Assembly: GCA_036477985.1 (NCBI GenBank)
Contig: JAZGDQ010000107.1
Span: 1-25,590, forward strand
DNA: 25,590 bases
Source of the DNA: a bacterium
Lineage (GTDB): Bacteria > UBA8248
Reading direction: 5' to 3'
The position numbers and the translations under genes were made by a program. Shown one piece after another: positions 1 through 12,350 of this stretch. The first letter of the stretch is position 1, and each line of letters begins with the position of its first letter. The notes under the pieces were generated by a model. The model had not been told where the DNA came from and did not search any database. It saw only the letters and a program-made list of their open reading frames with translations.

Positions 1-1
1 A

Positions 2-1162
2 GGACGCCTGGAGTTCACGGCCTCGACCGCGGAGGGGGTCTCCCGCAGCGAGATCGTTTTCATCTGCGTGGGAACGCCCCCCCTGACCAACGGGGAAACC
101 GACCTCTCCCAGGTGGAGGCGGCGGCCAGGGCCATCGGGGAGGCGCTCGACGGGCACAAGATCGTCGTCACCAAAAGCACCGTCCCGGTCGGAACGGGCG
201 ACCTGGTCCGCCGCATCATCGAGGGCGTCTGCCAGAGCGGCCAGTCCTTCGACGTGGTGAGCAACCCCGAATTCCTCCGCGAGGGCCAGGCCATCCGCGA
301 CACCCTCCAGCCCGACCGGATCGTCATCGGAACCTCCTCGCCCGAGGCGGGCGCCCAGCTGAGCGAGCTCTACCGCCCTCTCGATCGGCCCATCCTCATC
401 ACCGACATCCCCAGCGCCGAGATCATCAAGTACGCCTCGAACGCCTTCCTCGCCGCCAAGATCAGCTTCATCAACGCCATCGCCGACCTGTGCGAGGAGG
501 CGGGCGCCGACGTGAAGGACGTCGCGCGGGCGATCGGCGCCGACGCGCGCATCGGGCCCGCATTCCTCGAGGCGGGCCTGGGCTACGGGGGCTCCTGCTT
601 CCCCAAGGACGTGGAGTCCCTCCTCCACATCTCGAACACGATGGGCGCCCCCTTCGGCCTCCTGCGCGAGGTCATCGGCGAGAACGCGGGGCGGGTCTCC
701 CGCCTGGCCGGCCGCATCGTCGAGCGCCTCGGCGGAGAGGGAGGAGAGGGAGAGGCGCCCCTGGCGGGGAAGACCCTCGCCATCCTCGGCCTCGCCTTCA
801 AGCCCGAGACCGACGACATGCGCGAGGCGAAGAGCATCGAGCTGTGCCGCCGCCTGCGCGAGGCGGGCGCCCGCCTGCGCGCCTACGACCCCGTCGCGCT
901 CGAGAACGCGCGCGCGATCATCGGCGAAGAGGGCGTCACCTACTGCAAGAGCGCCTACGAGGCCGCCGAGGGGGCCGACGCGGCCGTCATCGTGACCGAC
1001 TGGAGGGAGTTCATCCAGCTCAACCTCGGCCGCCTGCGCCGCGCCCTGCGCCAGCCCATCCTCTTCGACGGGCGGAACATCTACGACCGCGAAAAGGTCG
1101 CCGCCGCCGGCCTCGAGTATCACAGCATCGGCCGCCCGCCGGCGGCCCCGCGGGGAGGGTGA
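2..1162 (+). CDS. ugd: UDP-glucose/GDP-mannose dehydrogenase family, probably UDP-glucose 6-dehydrogenase; 5'-truncated by the window edge
   Basis: The frame is open from base 2 (GRLEFT...IVFICVGTP). Motifs: [35 protein letters not shown], catalytic [28 protein letters not shown]. The track start at 68 is an internal GTG. Confidence 0.95.
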   Translation, partial: GRLEFTASTAEGVSRSEIVFICVGTPPLTNGETDLSQVEAAARAIGEALDGHKIVVTKSTVPVGTGDLVRRIIEGVCQSGQSFDVVSNPEFLREGQAIRDTLQPDRIVIGTSSPEAGAQLSELYRPLDRPILITDIPSAEIIKYASNAFLAAKISFINAIADLCEEAGADVKDVARAIGADARIGPAFLEAGLGYGGSCFPKDVESLLHISNTMGAPFGLLREVIGENAGRVSRLAGRIVERLGGEGGEGEAPLAGKTLAILGLAFKPETDDMREAKSIELCRRLREAGARLRAYDPVALENARAIIGEEGVTYCKSAYEAAEGADAAVIVTDWREFIQLNLGRLRRALRQPILFDGRNIYDREKVAAAGLEYHSIGRPPAAPRGG

Positions 1163-1163
1163 G

Positions 1164-2123
1164 GTGCGCGTCCTTGTCACGGGAGGGATGGGCTTCATCG
1201 GCTACCACCTGTGCGGCGCGCTTCTCGGGCGAGGCGAGGAGGTCGTCTGCGTCGACAACCTCATCACAGGCAACCGGGCCCACCTCGAGGCGCTCTCCGA
1301 AAAGGGCGGGGGCCGGTTCACCCACATCTCCCACGACATCAGCGGGCCCATCGCGGTTGAGGGCCCCGTCGACGCCATCTTCCACCTGGCCAGCCCCGCC
1401 AGCCCGCGGGACTACCTCAAGTACCCGATACAGACCCTCAAGGTCGGCGCCCTGGGGACCCACAACGCGCTGGGCCTCGCCCTCTTCAAGCGGGCCCGCT
1501 TCCTCCTCGCCTCCACCTCGGAGGTCTACGGCGATCCGGAGGTCCATCCCCAGCCCGAGGAGTACTGGGGGAGCGTCAACCCGATCGGCCCGCGCGGGGT
1601 CTACGACGAGGCCAAGCGCTTCGCCGAGGCGATCACCATGGCCTACCACCGCGCCCACGGGTTGGAGACCCACATCGCCCGGATTTTCAACACCTACGGG
1701 CCGCGCATGCGCCTCGCCGACGGGCGCGCCATCCCGGCCTTTCTCTGCCAGGCCCTCCGCGGCGAGCCCCTGACCGTCTTCGGCGACGGCTCCCAGACGC
1801 GCAGCTTTTGCTACATCTCCGATCTCGTCGAGGGGCTCCTCCTCCTGATGGACAGCGAGGTTCGCGAGCCCGTCAACCTGGGCAACCCGGTCGAGATGTC
1901 CATCCTCGAGCTGGCCGAGCGCATCCGGGAGCTCGCCGGGAGCAGCGCCCCCCTCGAGCGCCTCCCCCTCCCGGTGGACGACCCGAGGGTGCGCCGGCCC
2001 GACATCGGCCGCGCCCGGCGCCTCCTCGGTTGGGAGCCCAAGGTCTCCTTCGAGGAGGGGATCGCGGCCACCCTCGAGGACTTCCGCGGCCGAATCGCCT
2101 CGGGCGAAGCCGAAGGGCCATGA
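1164..2123 (+). CDS. uxs: UDP-glucuronate decarboxylase (UDP-xylose synthase) family extended SDR
   Basis: Motifs: GGx[27 protein letters not shown] (YxxxK), [25 protein letters not shown] start after GGAGG/GAGG; directly follows ugd, which makes its substrate. Confidence 0.9.
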   Translation: MRVLVTGGMGFIGYHLCGALLGRGEEVVCVDNLITGNRAHLEALSEKGGGRFTHISHDISGPIAVEGPVDAIFHLASPASPRDYLKYPIQTLKVGALGTHNALGLALFKRARFLLASTSEVYGDPEVHPQPEEYWGSVNPIGPRGVYDEAKRFAEAITMAYHRAHGLETHIARIFNTYGPRMRLADGRAIPAFLCQALRGEPLTVFGDGSQTRSFCYISDLVEGLLLLMDSEVREPVNLGNPVEMSILELAERIRELAGSSAPLERLPLPVDDPRVRRPDIGRARRLLGWEPKVSFEEGIAATLEDFRGRIASGEAEGP

Positions 2124-2809
2124 ATAAGGGGCGCTCCATCAAGCACTGGCCGGTCGCGGAGAGGCCCCGCGAGCGGCTGGTGGAGCGGGGCGCCGAGGTC
2201 CTGAGCGACGCCCAGCTCCTGGCCATCCTCCTGCGCACGGGCGATCAGGGCCTCTCGGCCCTGGACCTCGCCCTCGCCCTCCTCGATCGGTTCGAAACCC
2301 TCTCGGGGCTGGAGTCCGCCTCGATCCCCGAGATTTGCGACCTCAAGGGGATGGGCCCGGCCAAGGCCGCCCAGGTCAAGGCCGCCCTCGAGATGGCCCG
2401 CCGCCTCGGCCGCGAGGAGGGGCCGTCCCGGCCCGCCTTTCACGGCGGGAGCGACATCTACGGCTTCCTCTCGCCGGCCATGGCGGACCTTCCCCGCGAG
2501 GAGTTCCGCGTCCTGCTCCTGGACACGAAGCACCGCCTCCTGCGCGAGATCACCGTCTCGCAGGGCACCCTCTCGGGCGCCGCCGTCGACCCGCGCGAGG
2601 TCTTCAACGCGGCCGTGCGCGAGCGCGCGGCGGCCGTCGTCTGCGCCCACAACCACCCGAGCGGCGACCCCGCCCCCAGCCCCGAGGATCGCGCCCTCAC
2701 GGCCCGGCTGCGCGAGTCGGGCGCGCTTCTGGGAATCCCCCTCCTCGACCATGTCGTGGTGGGGAAGGGAGCCTACTTCAGCTTCGAGGAGGAGGGATGG
2801 CCTCCTTGA
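2120..2809 (+). CDS. radC: RadC / UPF0758 JAB-domain protein
   Basis: Starts [20 protein letters not shown], then [14 protein letters not shown], HhH motif GMGPAKA and JAB motif E...[14 protein letters not shown]. The ATG at 2120 overlaps the uxs TGA (ATGA). 229 aa. Confidence 0.93.
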   Translation: MNKGRSIKHWPVAERPRERLVERGAEVLSDAQLLAILLRTGDQGLSALDLALALLDRFETLSGLESASIPEICDLKGMGPAKAAQVKAALEMARRLGREEGPSRPAFHGGSDIYGFLSPAMADLPREEFRVLLLDTKHRLLREITVSQGTLSGAAVDPREVFNAAVRERAAAVVCAHNHPSGDPAPSPEDRALTARLRESGALLGIPLLDHVVVGKGAYFSFEEEGWPP

Positions 2810-2835
2810 AACGGGCGGGGCAGATCGGCTAGATT
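2806..2835 (+). promoter_or_regulatory. Candidate sigma70 promoter for gmhA-hldE-hldD
   Basis: TTGAAA (2806-2811), 18-bp spacer, TAGATT (2830-2835). It overlaps a GC hairpin at 2816-2842. Pattern match only. Confidence 0.35.
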
Positions 2836-2909
2836 GGCCCCGTTGCGAATCCGCCCATCCCCCCGTCCTTTGTCGATTTCGCCCGGTTGGCCGCGCGGTG
2901 AGGTGCTCG

Positions 2910-3494
2910 GTGGAACTTTCCGCACGAGAATTCCTGGCGGACCGCGCCCGAAGGTGGGAGACCCTCACGGGGAGCGGCCTGCCCGGCCAGCTCGACGCCC
3001 TCGCCCGCGCCGCCGTCGCCTGCCTCCAGGCGGGCGCGAAGATCCTCGCCTTCGGCAACGGGGGGAGCGCCGCCCAGGCCCAGCATCTCTCGGGCGAGAT
3101 GACCGGGCGCTTCCTGCGCGACCGCCGCCCCCTGCCGGCCATGGCCCTCCCGGCCGAGGCCAGCGCCCTCACCGGCATCGCGAACGACTACGGCTACGAG
3201 GAGATCTTCGCGCGCCAGATCGAGGCCCACGGCCGCCCCGGCGACATGGCGCTGGGGCTGACGACGAGCGGGCGCTCGCCCAACGTCGTCGCCGCCCTTC
3301 GGCAGGCCCGCGAGATGGGCCTGACGGCGGCCCTCCTCTCGGGCGGCGATGGCGGGGAGGCCGCCGAGGCGGCCGATCTGGCCGTCCTCGTCCCCTCCTC
3401 CGAGACCGACTTCATCCAGGAGGCCCACGGCGCGGCCATCCACTACATCTGCCACTGCGTGGAGGCCGCCTTCGCCGAGGGGGAGCGCGCGTGA
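2910..3494 (+). CDS. gmhA: D-sedoheptulose-7-phosphate isomerase (SIS domain)
   Basis: Motifs: [46 protein letters not shown]...IH. GTG at 2910 follows GAGGTG and gives 194 aa, the typical GmhA length. Confidence 0.92.
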   Translation: MELSAREFLADRARRWETLTGSGLPGQLDALARAAVACLQAGAKILAFGNGGSAAQAQHLSGEMTGRFLRDRRPLPAMALPAEASALTGIANDYGYEEIFARQIEAHGRPGDMALGLTTSGRSPNVVAALRQAREMGLTAALLSGGDGGEAAEAADLAVLVPSSETDFIQEAHGAAIHYICHCVEAAFAEGERA

Positions 3495-4996
3495 GCACAC
3501 CCCCCTCCCCCCCCTCCTCCCCCTCTCCCCTCTCTAGGCTCTTCGGCGGGAAGCGGTCCCGCCTCCTCGTCGCAGGCGATCTCATCCTCGATCGCTACGT
3601 CTGGGGCGAGGTCGATCGCATCTCGCCCGAGGCGCCGGTCCAGGTGCTCCGCTGGCGCGAGGAGAACGAGGCGCTGGGCGGGGCGGCCAACGTGGCGAAC
3701 AACCTCGCCTCGCTCGGCGCCGAGGTCCGCCTCCTCGGGGTGGCGGGCGAGGACGAGGAGGGCGCGCGCCTCGAGGAGCTGGCCCGGGAGGCGGGCATCG
3801 GCGCCCGCTTCCTCCGGCGCAGCCCGGAGCGCGCGACCACCTGCAAGACCCGCCTCATCGCCCGCAACCAGCAGGTCCTGCGCGTGGACAAAGAAGCCGA
3901 CGGCGCCCTCTCCGCCGCGGCCGGGGAGGGCCTCATCGCCGCCCTGCCCGAGGCCCTCGATGGGGTGGACGGCGTCCTCTGCTCGGACTACCTCAAGGGC
4001 GTCCTCTCGGCCCCCTTCATGGAGGCGCTCTTCGCCGCCGCCGGGGAGCGCGGCCTCCCGGTGGTGGTCGATCCCAAGGGAGGGGATTACCGGAAATACC
4101 GGGGCGCCAGGGCGCTCACGCCGAACCTGGCCGAGGCGGCCCTCGCCTCCGGGATGCCGGTCGCGAGCGAGGCGGAAATCGACCGCGCCGCCGGGCGGAT
4201 ATTCGAGGAAACGGCGCCCGGGTTCATCCTCCTCACCCGCGGGGCGGGCGGGATGACGCTGTTCGGGCCCGAGGGGCGGATCCACCACGAGCCCGCCCGC
4301 GCGCTCGAGGTCTTCGACGTGACGGGCGCGGGCGACACGGCCGCCGCCATCTTCGCCCTCGGCCTCATCGGAGGGGCCAAGCCCGCCGAGGCCGCCCGGC
4401 TGGCCAACCTCGGGGCCGGCGCCGTCGTGGGCAAGGTGGGGACGGCGACGGTGAGCCGGGCCGAGCTGGAGGACGCCTGGGAGGGCCGCCGCAGGGCCGC
4501 AAGCGGGAAGATCGCCTCCGCGGCCGACCTCGCCTCGCGCTTCCCCCTCGAGCGCGCCAAGGGCCGAAAGGTCGTCTTCACGAACGGCTGCTTCGACCTC
4601 CTCCACGTGGGCCACATCCAGTACCTCCAGCAGGCCCGCCGGCTCGGGGACTTCCTCGTCGTCGGCCTCAACGACGACGCCTCGGTCCGCCGCCTCAAGG
4701 GCGAGGGGCGCCCCCTCATCGCGGGCCCCCAGCGGGCCGAGCTGCTCGCCGCCCTGTCCTGCGTCGACCTCGTCGTCTTCTTCTCCGAGGACACCCCGAA
4801 CCGGCTGATCGAGGCCATCCGCCCCGACATCCTCGTCAAGGGGGGGGACTACACCCCCGACCAGGTGGTCGGGCGGGCCGAGGTGGAGGCCTACGGCGGC
4901 CGGGTCGAAGTCCTCCCCTTCGTGGAGGGCTTCTCGACGACCAACATCGTGGAAACCATCCTGGAACGCTACACGCCCGCCGGGGAGGACGCATGA
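3491..4996 (+). CDS. hldE: Bifunctional heptose-7-phosphate kinase / heptose-1-phosphate adenylyltransferase
   Basis: N-terminal PfkB kinase ([34 protein letters not shown]) fused to a cytidylyltransferase-like domain ([28 protein letters not shown]). GTGA overlap with gmhA. Confidence 0.95.
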   Translation: MSTPPSPPSSPSPLSRLFGGKRSRLLVAGDLILDRYVWGEVDRISPEAPVQVLRWREENEALGGAANVANNLASLGAEVRLLGVAGEDEEGARLEELAREAGIGARFLRRSPERATTCKTRLIARNQQVLRVDKEADGALSAAAGEGLIAALPEALDGVDGVLCSDYLKGVLSAPFMEALFAAAGERGLPVVVDPKGGDYRKYRGARALTPNLAEAALASGMPVASEAEIDRAAGRIFEETAPGFILLTRGAGGMTLFGPEGRIHHEPARALEVFDVTGAGDTAAAIFALGLIGGAKPAEAARLANLGAGAVVGKVGTATVSRAELEDAWEGRRRAASGKIASAADLASRFPLERAKGRKVVFTNGCFDLLHVGHIQYLQQARRLGDFLVVGLNDDASVRRLKGEGRPLIAGPQRAELLAALSCVDLVVFFSEDTPNRLIEAIRPDILVKGGDYTPDQVVGRAEVEAYGGRVEVLPFVEGFSTTNIVETILERYTPAGEDA

Positions 4997-6006
4997 GCCC
5001 GCCCCCGGCGGACGCGGGAGACTCCCTCGTCGTCACCGGCGCGGCCGGCTTCATCGGCGCGCGCCTGGCCGTCCGCCTCATCGTCGAGGGCGAGCGGGTG
5101 GTCGCGGCCGACGCGAAGGGGCACTTCTCGGCCCGCCCGGAGATCGCCTCCCTCTACCGGGCCGCCCCGCCCGCCGAGGTGGTGGATCGGGAGGACCTTC
5201 CCGCCTGGCTCGACGCCCGGCCCCCCTCGGCGGTGGCCGGGGTGCTCCACATGGGCGCCTGCACCGACACGACGGAGTTCGACGAAGCCTATCTGGAGCG
5301 CACGAACACCGCCTACACCCGCCGCCTCTGGGAGTGGGCGGCCGCGCGCGAGGTCCCCTTCCTCTACGCGAGCAGCGCGGCGGTTTACGGAGGCGGGGAA
5401 AAGGGCTATGACGACGAAGAGCCGCCCGGCGGTCTCGCCCCCCTCAACCCCTACGGGTGGTCCAAGCACCGCTTCGACGTTTGGGCCCTGGGCGAGGGAG
5501 GGCGCCGGCCCCCGCCCCGGTGGTCGGGATTCCGGTTCTTCAACGTCTACGGCTTCGGCGAGGCCCACAAGGGCAAGATGGCGAGCGTCCTCCACCAGGC
5601 CTTCCGCCAAATTCAGGAGGGGGGCGAGGTCCGCCTCTTCCGCTCCCACCGCGAGGGAATCGCGGACGGACATCAGAAGCGGGATTTCGTCTTCGTGGAC
5701 GATGTGGTGGACGTTCTCCTCCACGCCTGGCGCGTGGGAGTCCCCAGCGGCATCTACAACCTGGGCACGGGCCGGGCGCGCACCTTTCTCGACCTCGCCC
5801 GCGCCTCCTTCTCGGCCCTGGGGCGCGAGCCCAAGGTGGCCTACATCGACACCCCGCCCGGGATCCGCGAGCGCTACCAGTACTTCACCCAGGCGAAGAT
5901 GGACAAACTCCGCCGGGCGGGCTACACATCGGCCTTCCTCTCGGTGGAGGAGGGGGCGCGGCGCTACTGGGAGCGCCTCGCGGGCGAGCTCGTCTCGCCG
6001 GGCTGA
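4993..6006 (+). CDS. hldD: ADP-L-glycero-D-manno-heptose 6-epimerase
   Basis: Motifs: [67 protein letters not shown] overlap with hldE. Confidence 0.93.
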   Translation: MSPPPADAGDSLVVTGAAGFIGARLAVRLIVEGERVVAADAKGHFSARPEIASLYRAAPPAEVVDREDLPAWLDARPPSAVAGVLHMGACTDTTEFDEAYLERTNTAYTRRLWEWAAAREVPFLYASSAAVYGGGEKGYDDEEPPGGLAPLNPYGWSKHRFDVWALGEGGRRPPPRWSGFRFFNVYGFGEAHKGKMASVLHQAFRQIQEGGEVRLFRSHREGIADGHQKRDFVFVDDVVDVLLHAWRVGVPSGIYNLGTGRARTFLDLARASFSALGREPKVAYIDTPPGIRERYQYFTQAKMDKLRRAGYTSAFLSVEEGARRYWERLAGELVSPG

Positions 6007-6082
6007 TCCCGCCCGACCCCGGCCGCATCGACGGAGAACCTTCCCGCCCGGAAGCCGAATCCGAAGAGACGGAGCCCCTTCG

Positions 6083-6925
6083 GTGGAGATCGGAATCCTC
6101 GCCAGCGGCAGCAAGGGAAACGCCGCCTTGGTGCGCGCGAACGGCGCCGCCTTCCTGGTGGACGCGGGCCTGAGCGGGCGCGAGATCGGCCGCCGCCTGG
6201 CCGCCTACGGCGTCTCGCCCGCCGACCTCCTCGGCATCGTCCTCACCCACGAGCACGTGGACCACACCCGCGGGGTGGGCGTCCTGTCCCGCCGCTGGGA
6301 CCTCCCGGTGTGGTCCAACCGCGCGACCCGAAAGGCGGGGGCCGAAGCCCTGGGCGCCCTCCCCCGCTGGCGCGAGATCGAGGTGGGCGTCCCCTTCGAG
6401 ATGGCGGGCGTCCGCCTCACCCCCTTCAGCACCCCGCACGATGCGGCCGACCCCTTCGGCCTCATCCTCGAGAGCGAGGGCGGCTACCGCGTGGGCCTGG
6501 CCACCGACATGGGATACCCCACCCAGCTCGCGCGCGAGCGCCTCCAGGGCCTTCAGGGCCTGGTCCTCGAATTCAACCACGAGCTCGACCTTCTGCTGTC
6601 CGGCCCCTATCCCTGGCACGTGAAGCAGCGCATCCGCGGCAAGCTGGGGCACCTGAACAACGTCGACGCCGCCGGCCTCTTGGGCGAGGTGGCCTCCGCC
6701 GATCTCGAGTGGGTGGTCTGCGCCCACATCAGCGAGGAGAACAACAAGGGGGATCTCATCCTCGAGCGGGCCCGGGCCGGCCTCGCCGGCCGCAACGGCC
6801 TGTGGGACAAGAGCGCCTCCCCCGCGCTCCGCCTCGCCTCCCAGCACGAGCCGACGCCCATCCTCGGCCCCGGCGGGCGCGGCGACGCCGGCGGGCGGGG
6901 CGGCGCCGAGGAGGCCCTCCCGTGA
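6083..6925 (+). CDS. Metallo-beta-lactamase-fold hydrolase, YycJ/WalJ-like
   Basis: Starts VEIGILASGSKGN, then LVDAGLS, THEHVDH (HxHxDH), PHDA, ATDMG, LEFNH, GHLNN, HISEENN. GTG at 6083 with GGAG 8 nt upstream. Confidence 0.88.
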   Translation: MEIGILASGSKGNAALVRANGAAFLVDAGLSGREIGRRLAAYGVSPADLLGIVLTHEHVDHTRGVGVLSRRWDLPVWSNRATRKAGAEALGALPRWREIEVGVPFEMAGVRLTPFSTPHDAADPFGLILESEGGYRVGLATDMGYPTQLARERLQGLQGLVLEFNHELDLLLSGPYPWHVKQRIRGKLGHLNNVDAAGLLGEVASADLEWVVCAHISEENNKGDLILERARAGLAGRNGLWDKSASPALRLASQHEPTPILGPGGRGDAGGRGGAEEALP

Positions 6926-8226
6926 TCCCCCGCTACACCCGCCCCGAGATGGGCCGCATCTGGGAGGAGCGCGAGAAGCTCCAGCGCATGCTCGAGGTCG
7001 AGATCGCCCTGTGCGAGGTCCTCGCCGAGCGCGGGGAGATTCCCCCCGAGGCGATGGAGGAGATCAAGGCGAAAGCCGCCTTCGACCCCGCGCGAATTCG
7101 GGAGATCGAGCGCACGACGAAGCACGACGTCATCGCCTTTCTGACGAACGTCGCCGAGAACGTGGGCCCCGCCTCCCGGTTCATCCACCTGGGCCTGACG
7201 AGCAGCGACGTCCTCGACACCGGGCTCGCCCTCCAGCTCGTCGCCGCGGCCGACCTCATCCTCGACGATCTCGCCCGCCTGCGGGCCACCCTGCGCCGCC
7301 GCGCCCTCGAGCACCGCCGCACCGTCCTGGCGGGCCGCACCCACGGCATGCACGCCGAGCCCACCACGCTGGGGCTGAAGATCGCCCTCTGGCACGAGGA
7401 GTTCGGCCGGGGGGAGGAGCGCGTGCGCCGGGCCCGCGAGGCCGTCCGCGTGGGCCAGCTCTCCGGCGCCGTGGGCGCCTGCCCCCACGTCCCGCCCGAG
7501 GTGGAGGAGGAGGTCTGCCGCCGCCTGGGGCTGGAGGCGGCCCGGGTGAGCAGCCAGATCATCCAGCGCGACCGCCACGCCGAGTACCTCATGGCCCTCG
7601 CCCTCGTCTCGGCCGGCGTCGCCAACGTGGCGACCGAGGTGCGCCACCTCCAGCGGACCGAGGTGGGCGAGGCCGAGGAGTTCTTCAGCGAGGGGCAGAA
7701 GGGAAGCTCGGCCATGCCCCACAAGCGCAACCCCGTCGTCTCCGAGCAGCTCTGCGGCCTCGCGCGCCTGGTGCAGGCCAACGCCTCGGCCGCCCTCCAG
7801 AACGTCCCCCTCTGGCACGAGCGCGACATCAGCCACTCCTCGGTGGAGCGCGTCATCCTGCCCGACAGCACGATCCTGATCGACTACATGCTCGACAAGC
7901 TCGAGGGCCTCATGGACAAGTGGGTGATCTATCCCGAGCGGATGAAGGAGAACCTCGAGCGCTCGCGCGGGCTCCTCGCCAGCGAGCACGTCTTGCTCGC
8001 CCTGGTGCGCGCCGGGCTCACGCGGGAGGAGGCCTACGCGCGCGTCCAGGGGCCGGCGATGGAGGTGTGGTCCGAAGGCGGGGATTTTCAGGCGCGCCTG
8101 GCGGCCGACCCCCAGGTGGGGGGCGTCCTGGGGGAGGAGGCGCTCGCGCGCTGCTTCGATCCGGAGGCGCAGTTCAAGAACGTAGGCGCAATCTTTTCAA
8201 GGGTTTTCGGGGAAGCGCCGGGGTGA
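6922..8226 (+). CDS. purB: Adenylosuccinate lyase
   Basis: Starts VIPRYT, then [25 protein letters not shown], signature [10 protein letters not shown] and [13 protein letters not shown]. 434 aa; GTGA overlap with the MBL gene. Confidence 0.97.
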   Translation: MIPRYTRPEMGRIWEEREKLQRMLEVEIALCEVLAERGEIPPEAMEEIKAKAAFDPARIREIERTTKHDVIAFLTNVAENVGPASRFIHLGLTSSDVLDTGLALQLVAAADLILDDLARLRATLRRRALEHRRTVLAGRTHGMHAEPTTLGLKIALWHEEFGRGEERVRRAREAVRVGQLSGAVGACPHVPPEVEEEVCRRLGLEAARVSSQIIQRDRHAEYLMALALVSAGVANVATEVRHLQRTEVGEAEEFFSEGQKGSSAMPHKRNPVVSEQLCGLARLVQANASAALQNVPLWHERDISHSSVERVILPDSTILIDYMLDKLEGLMDKWVIYPERMKENLERSRGLLASEHVLLALVRAGLTREEAYARVQGPAMEVWSEGGDFQARLAADPQVGGVLGEEALARCFDPEAQFKNVGAIFSRVFGEAPG

Positions 8227-8242
8227 GCCCCGGGCGGCGCTC

Positions 8243-8253
8243 TGTGGTAGGAT
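8243..8253 (+). promoter_or_regulatory. Candidate extended -10 promoter upstream of purC
   Basis: TGTGG-TAGGAT (TGn plus a -10-like hexamer at 8248-8253). No recognisable -35. Confidence 0.3.
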
Positions 8254-8346
8254 TCATCTCCCCCGCCCGCGGGCCGGGGGAGCCGTGGGGGGCCCCGGGC
8301 CGTGGTGGGAGGCCCCGGGCCTGAGCCGAGAGGGGAAGAGGCGAGA

Positions 8347-9060
8347 ATGGAGCGGCGGGAAAAAATCTACGAGGGCAAGGCCAAGATCCTCTACGAGACG
8401 GACGACCCGGCCCTCCTGATCCAGCACTTCAAAGACGACGCCACCGCCTTCAACGCGAAGAAGCGCGGGACGATCGAGTCGAAAGGGATCTTCAACAACC
8501 GGATCTCCTCCCGGCTCTTCGAGCGCCTGGCCGAGGAAGGGGTGCCGAACCATTTCGTCAAGCATCTCTCCGAGCGCGAGATGCTCGTCAAGCGGCTCGA
8601 GATCGTTCCGGTCGAGGTGGTGGTGCGGAACATCGTGGCCGGAAACCTGGCGCGGCGCATGGGGATCGAGGAGGGCAAGCGCCTCCCCCACCCCATCATC
8701 GACCTCCATCTCAAGGACGACGCCCTGGACGATCCGCTCATCAGCGCCGACACGGTCAGCGCCTTCGGCCTCGCCAACCGCGAGGAGCTCGGCCGGATGC
8801 GCGAGGGCGCCCTGCGGATCAACGAGATTCTCATCAAATTCTTCGGGGGGCGGAACATCGACCTCGTCGACTTCAAGGTCGAGTTCGGGCGCTGCGCGGC
8901 CGAGGGCGGCGCCCTCCTCCTGGGGGACGAGATCACGCCCGACGGCTGCCGCCTCTGGGAGAAGGAGACGGGCCGCAAGCTCGACAAGGACCGCTTCCGC
9001 CGGGATCTGGGAGGCGTCGAGGAAGCCTACGCCGAGGTGGACCGCCTCGTCGCCGGCTGA
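8347..9060 (+). CDS. purC: SAICAR synthetase
   Basis: Motifs: YEGKAKILY, FKDDATAFNA, IVPVEVVVRN, LVDFKVEFG, DEITPDGCRLW, LDKDRFRRDLG. The ATG at 8347 gives 237 aa. Confidence 0.97.
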   Translation: MERREKIYEGKAKILYETDDPALLIQHFKDDATAFNAKKRGTIESKGIFNNRISSRLFERLAEEGVPNHFVKHLSEREMLVKRLEIVPVEVVVRNIVAGNLARRMGIEEGKRLPHPIIDLHLKDDALDDPLISADTVSAFGLANREELGRMREGALRINEILIKFFGGRNIDLVDFKVEFGRCAAEGGALLLGDEITPDGCRLWEKETGRKLDKDRFRRDLGGVEEAYAEVDRLVAG

Positions 9061-9066
9061 GCCCTC

Positions 9067-9120
9067 TCCGCCCCATCCGCCCCCATCCGCCCCCATTCGC
9101 CCACTCCGCCCACTCCCCCC
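9067..9120. repeat. Degenerate 8-10 bp tandem repeat (TCCGCCCCCA-like, about 6 units) in the purC-purS spacer
   Basis: Read directly: tccgcccca tccgccccca tccgccccca ttcgccca ctccgccca ctcccccc. Confidence 0.75.
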
Positions 9121-9136
9121 CTCGCGTGAGGAGAAG

Positions 9137-9418
9137 ATGGCGAAGGCCGCCGTGTACGTGACCTACAAGAAGGGCGTCCTCGACCCCCAGGGGGAGACCG
9201 TCCGGGGCGCCCTCGCCTCGCTGGGCTTTGAGGGGGTGCAGGCGGCCCGGGTGGGGAAATACATCGAGCTCGACCTCGCCGACGGCCCCCGGGAGGACCT
9301 GCGGGCCGAGGTGGAGAGAATGTGCCGGGAGCTCCTCTCCAACCCGGTCATCGAGGACTTCCGGATCGAGTTTCCCGAAGAAGAGGAGCGCCCCGCCCCG
9401 CCCGCGGGCGCGAACTGA
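9137..9418 (+). CDS. purS: FGAM synthetase subunit PurS
   Basis: Motifs: [28 protein letters not shown]. Strong GAGGAG SD. Confidence 0.95.
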   Translation: MAKAAVYVTYKKGVLDPQGETVRGALASLGFEGVQAARVGKYIELDLADGPREDLRAEVERMCRELLSNPVIEDFRIEFPEEEERPAPPAGAN

Positions 9419-10106
9419 TGCGCTTCGCCGTCATCGTCTTTCCGGGTTCGAACTGCGACCACGACTGCTTCCACGCGGTGAAGCACGTCCTGGGCGCCGA
9501 GGCCCACTTCGTCTGGCACCGCGAGGCCGACCTCGGCGGCGCCGAGGCGGTCATCCTCCCCGGCGGCTTCAGCTACGGGGACTACCTCCGGGCGGGGGCC
9601 ATCGCCCGCTACTCGCCCGCCATGAAGGCCGTCGTCTCCCACGCCGCCGCGGGCCGCCCCGTCATCGGCATCTGCAACGGCTTCCAGATCCTGACCGAGG
9701 CGGGCCTGCTGCCGGGCGCCCTGCGGGGGAACGGCTCCCTGCGCTTCGTGTGCGAGGACGTGTGGGTGCGCTGCGAGACCACGCGCACCGCCTTCACGGG
9801 AGGCATCGCGCTCGGCGAGCGGCTGCGGATGCCCATCGCCCACGGGGAGGGGAACTACTTCTGCGATCCTGGGACCCTGGCCGAGCTCAAGGCGAACCAG
9901 CAGATCGTCTTCCGCTACTGCAACGCCGCGGGCGGGCTCTCCGGGGAGGCGAACCCGAACGGCTCCCTCGACCACATCGCCGGCGTGTGCAGCCGCGAGG
10001 GAAACGTCGTGGGCCTGATGCCCCATCCCGAGCGCGCCTCCGAGGAGGCGCTGGGCGGCGCGGACGGCCTCCGCCTCTTCGCCTCCGCCCTCGCGGCGGC
10101 CGCCTC

Positions 10107-10110
<4 letters not shown>
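9418..10110 (+). CDS. purQ: FGAM synthetase glutaminase subunit
   Basis: Motifs: [29 protein letters not shown] (catalytic Cys), [23 protein letters not shown] overlap with purS. Confidence 0.97.

Positions 10111-12349
<2,239 letters not shown>

Positions 12350-12350
<1 letters not shown>

Noticed and set aside
8227-8346. Possible purine, ZTP or PRPP riboswitch before purC
   Set aside because: Only short GC-rich fragments (CCGGGGAGC; CCGTGG...GCCCCGGG) resemble the motifs and the conserved cores are missing. An Rfam scan would be decisive.
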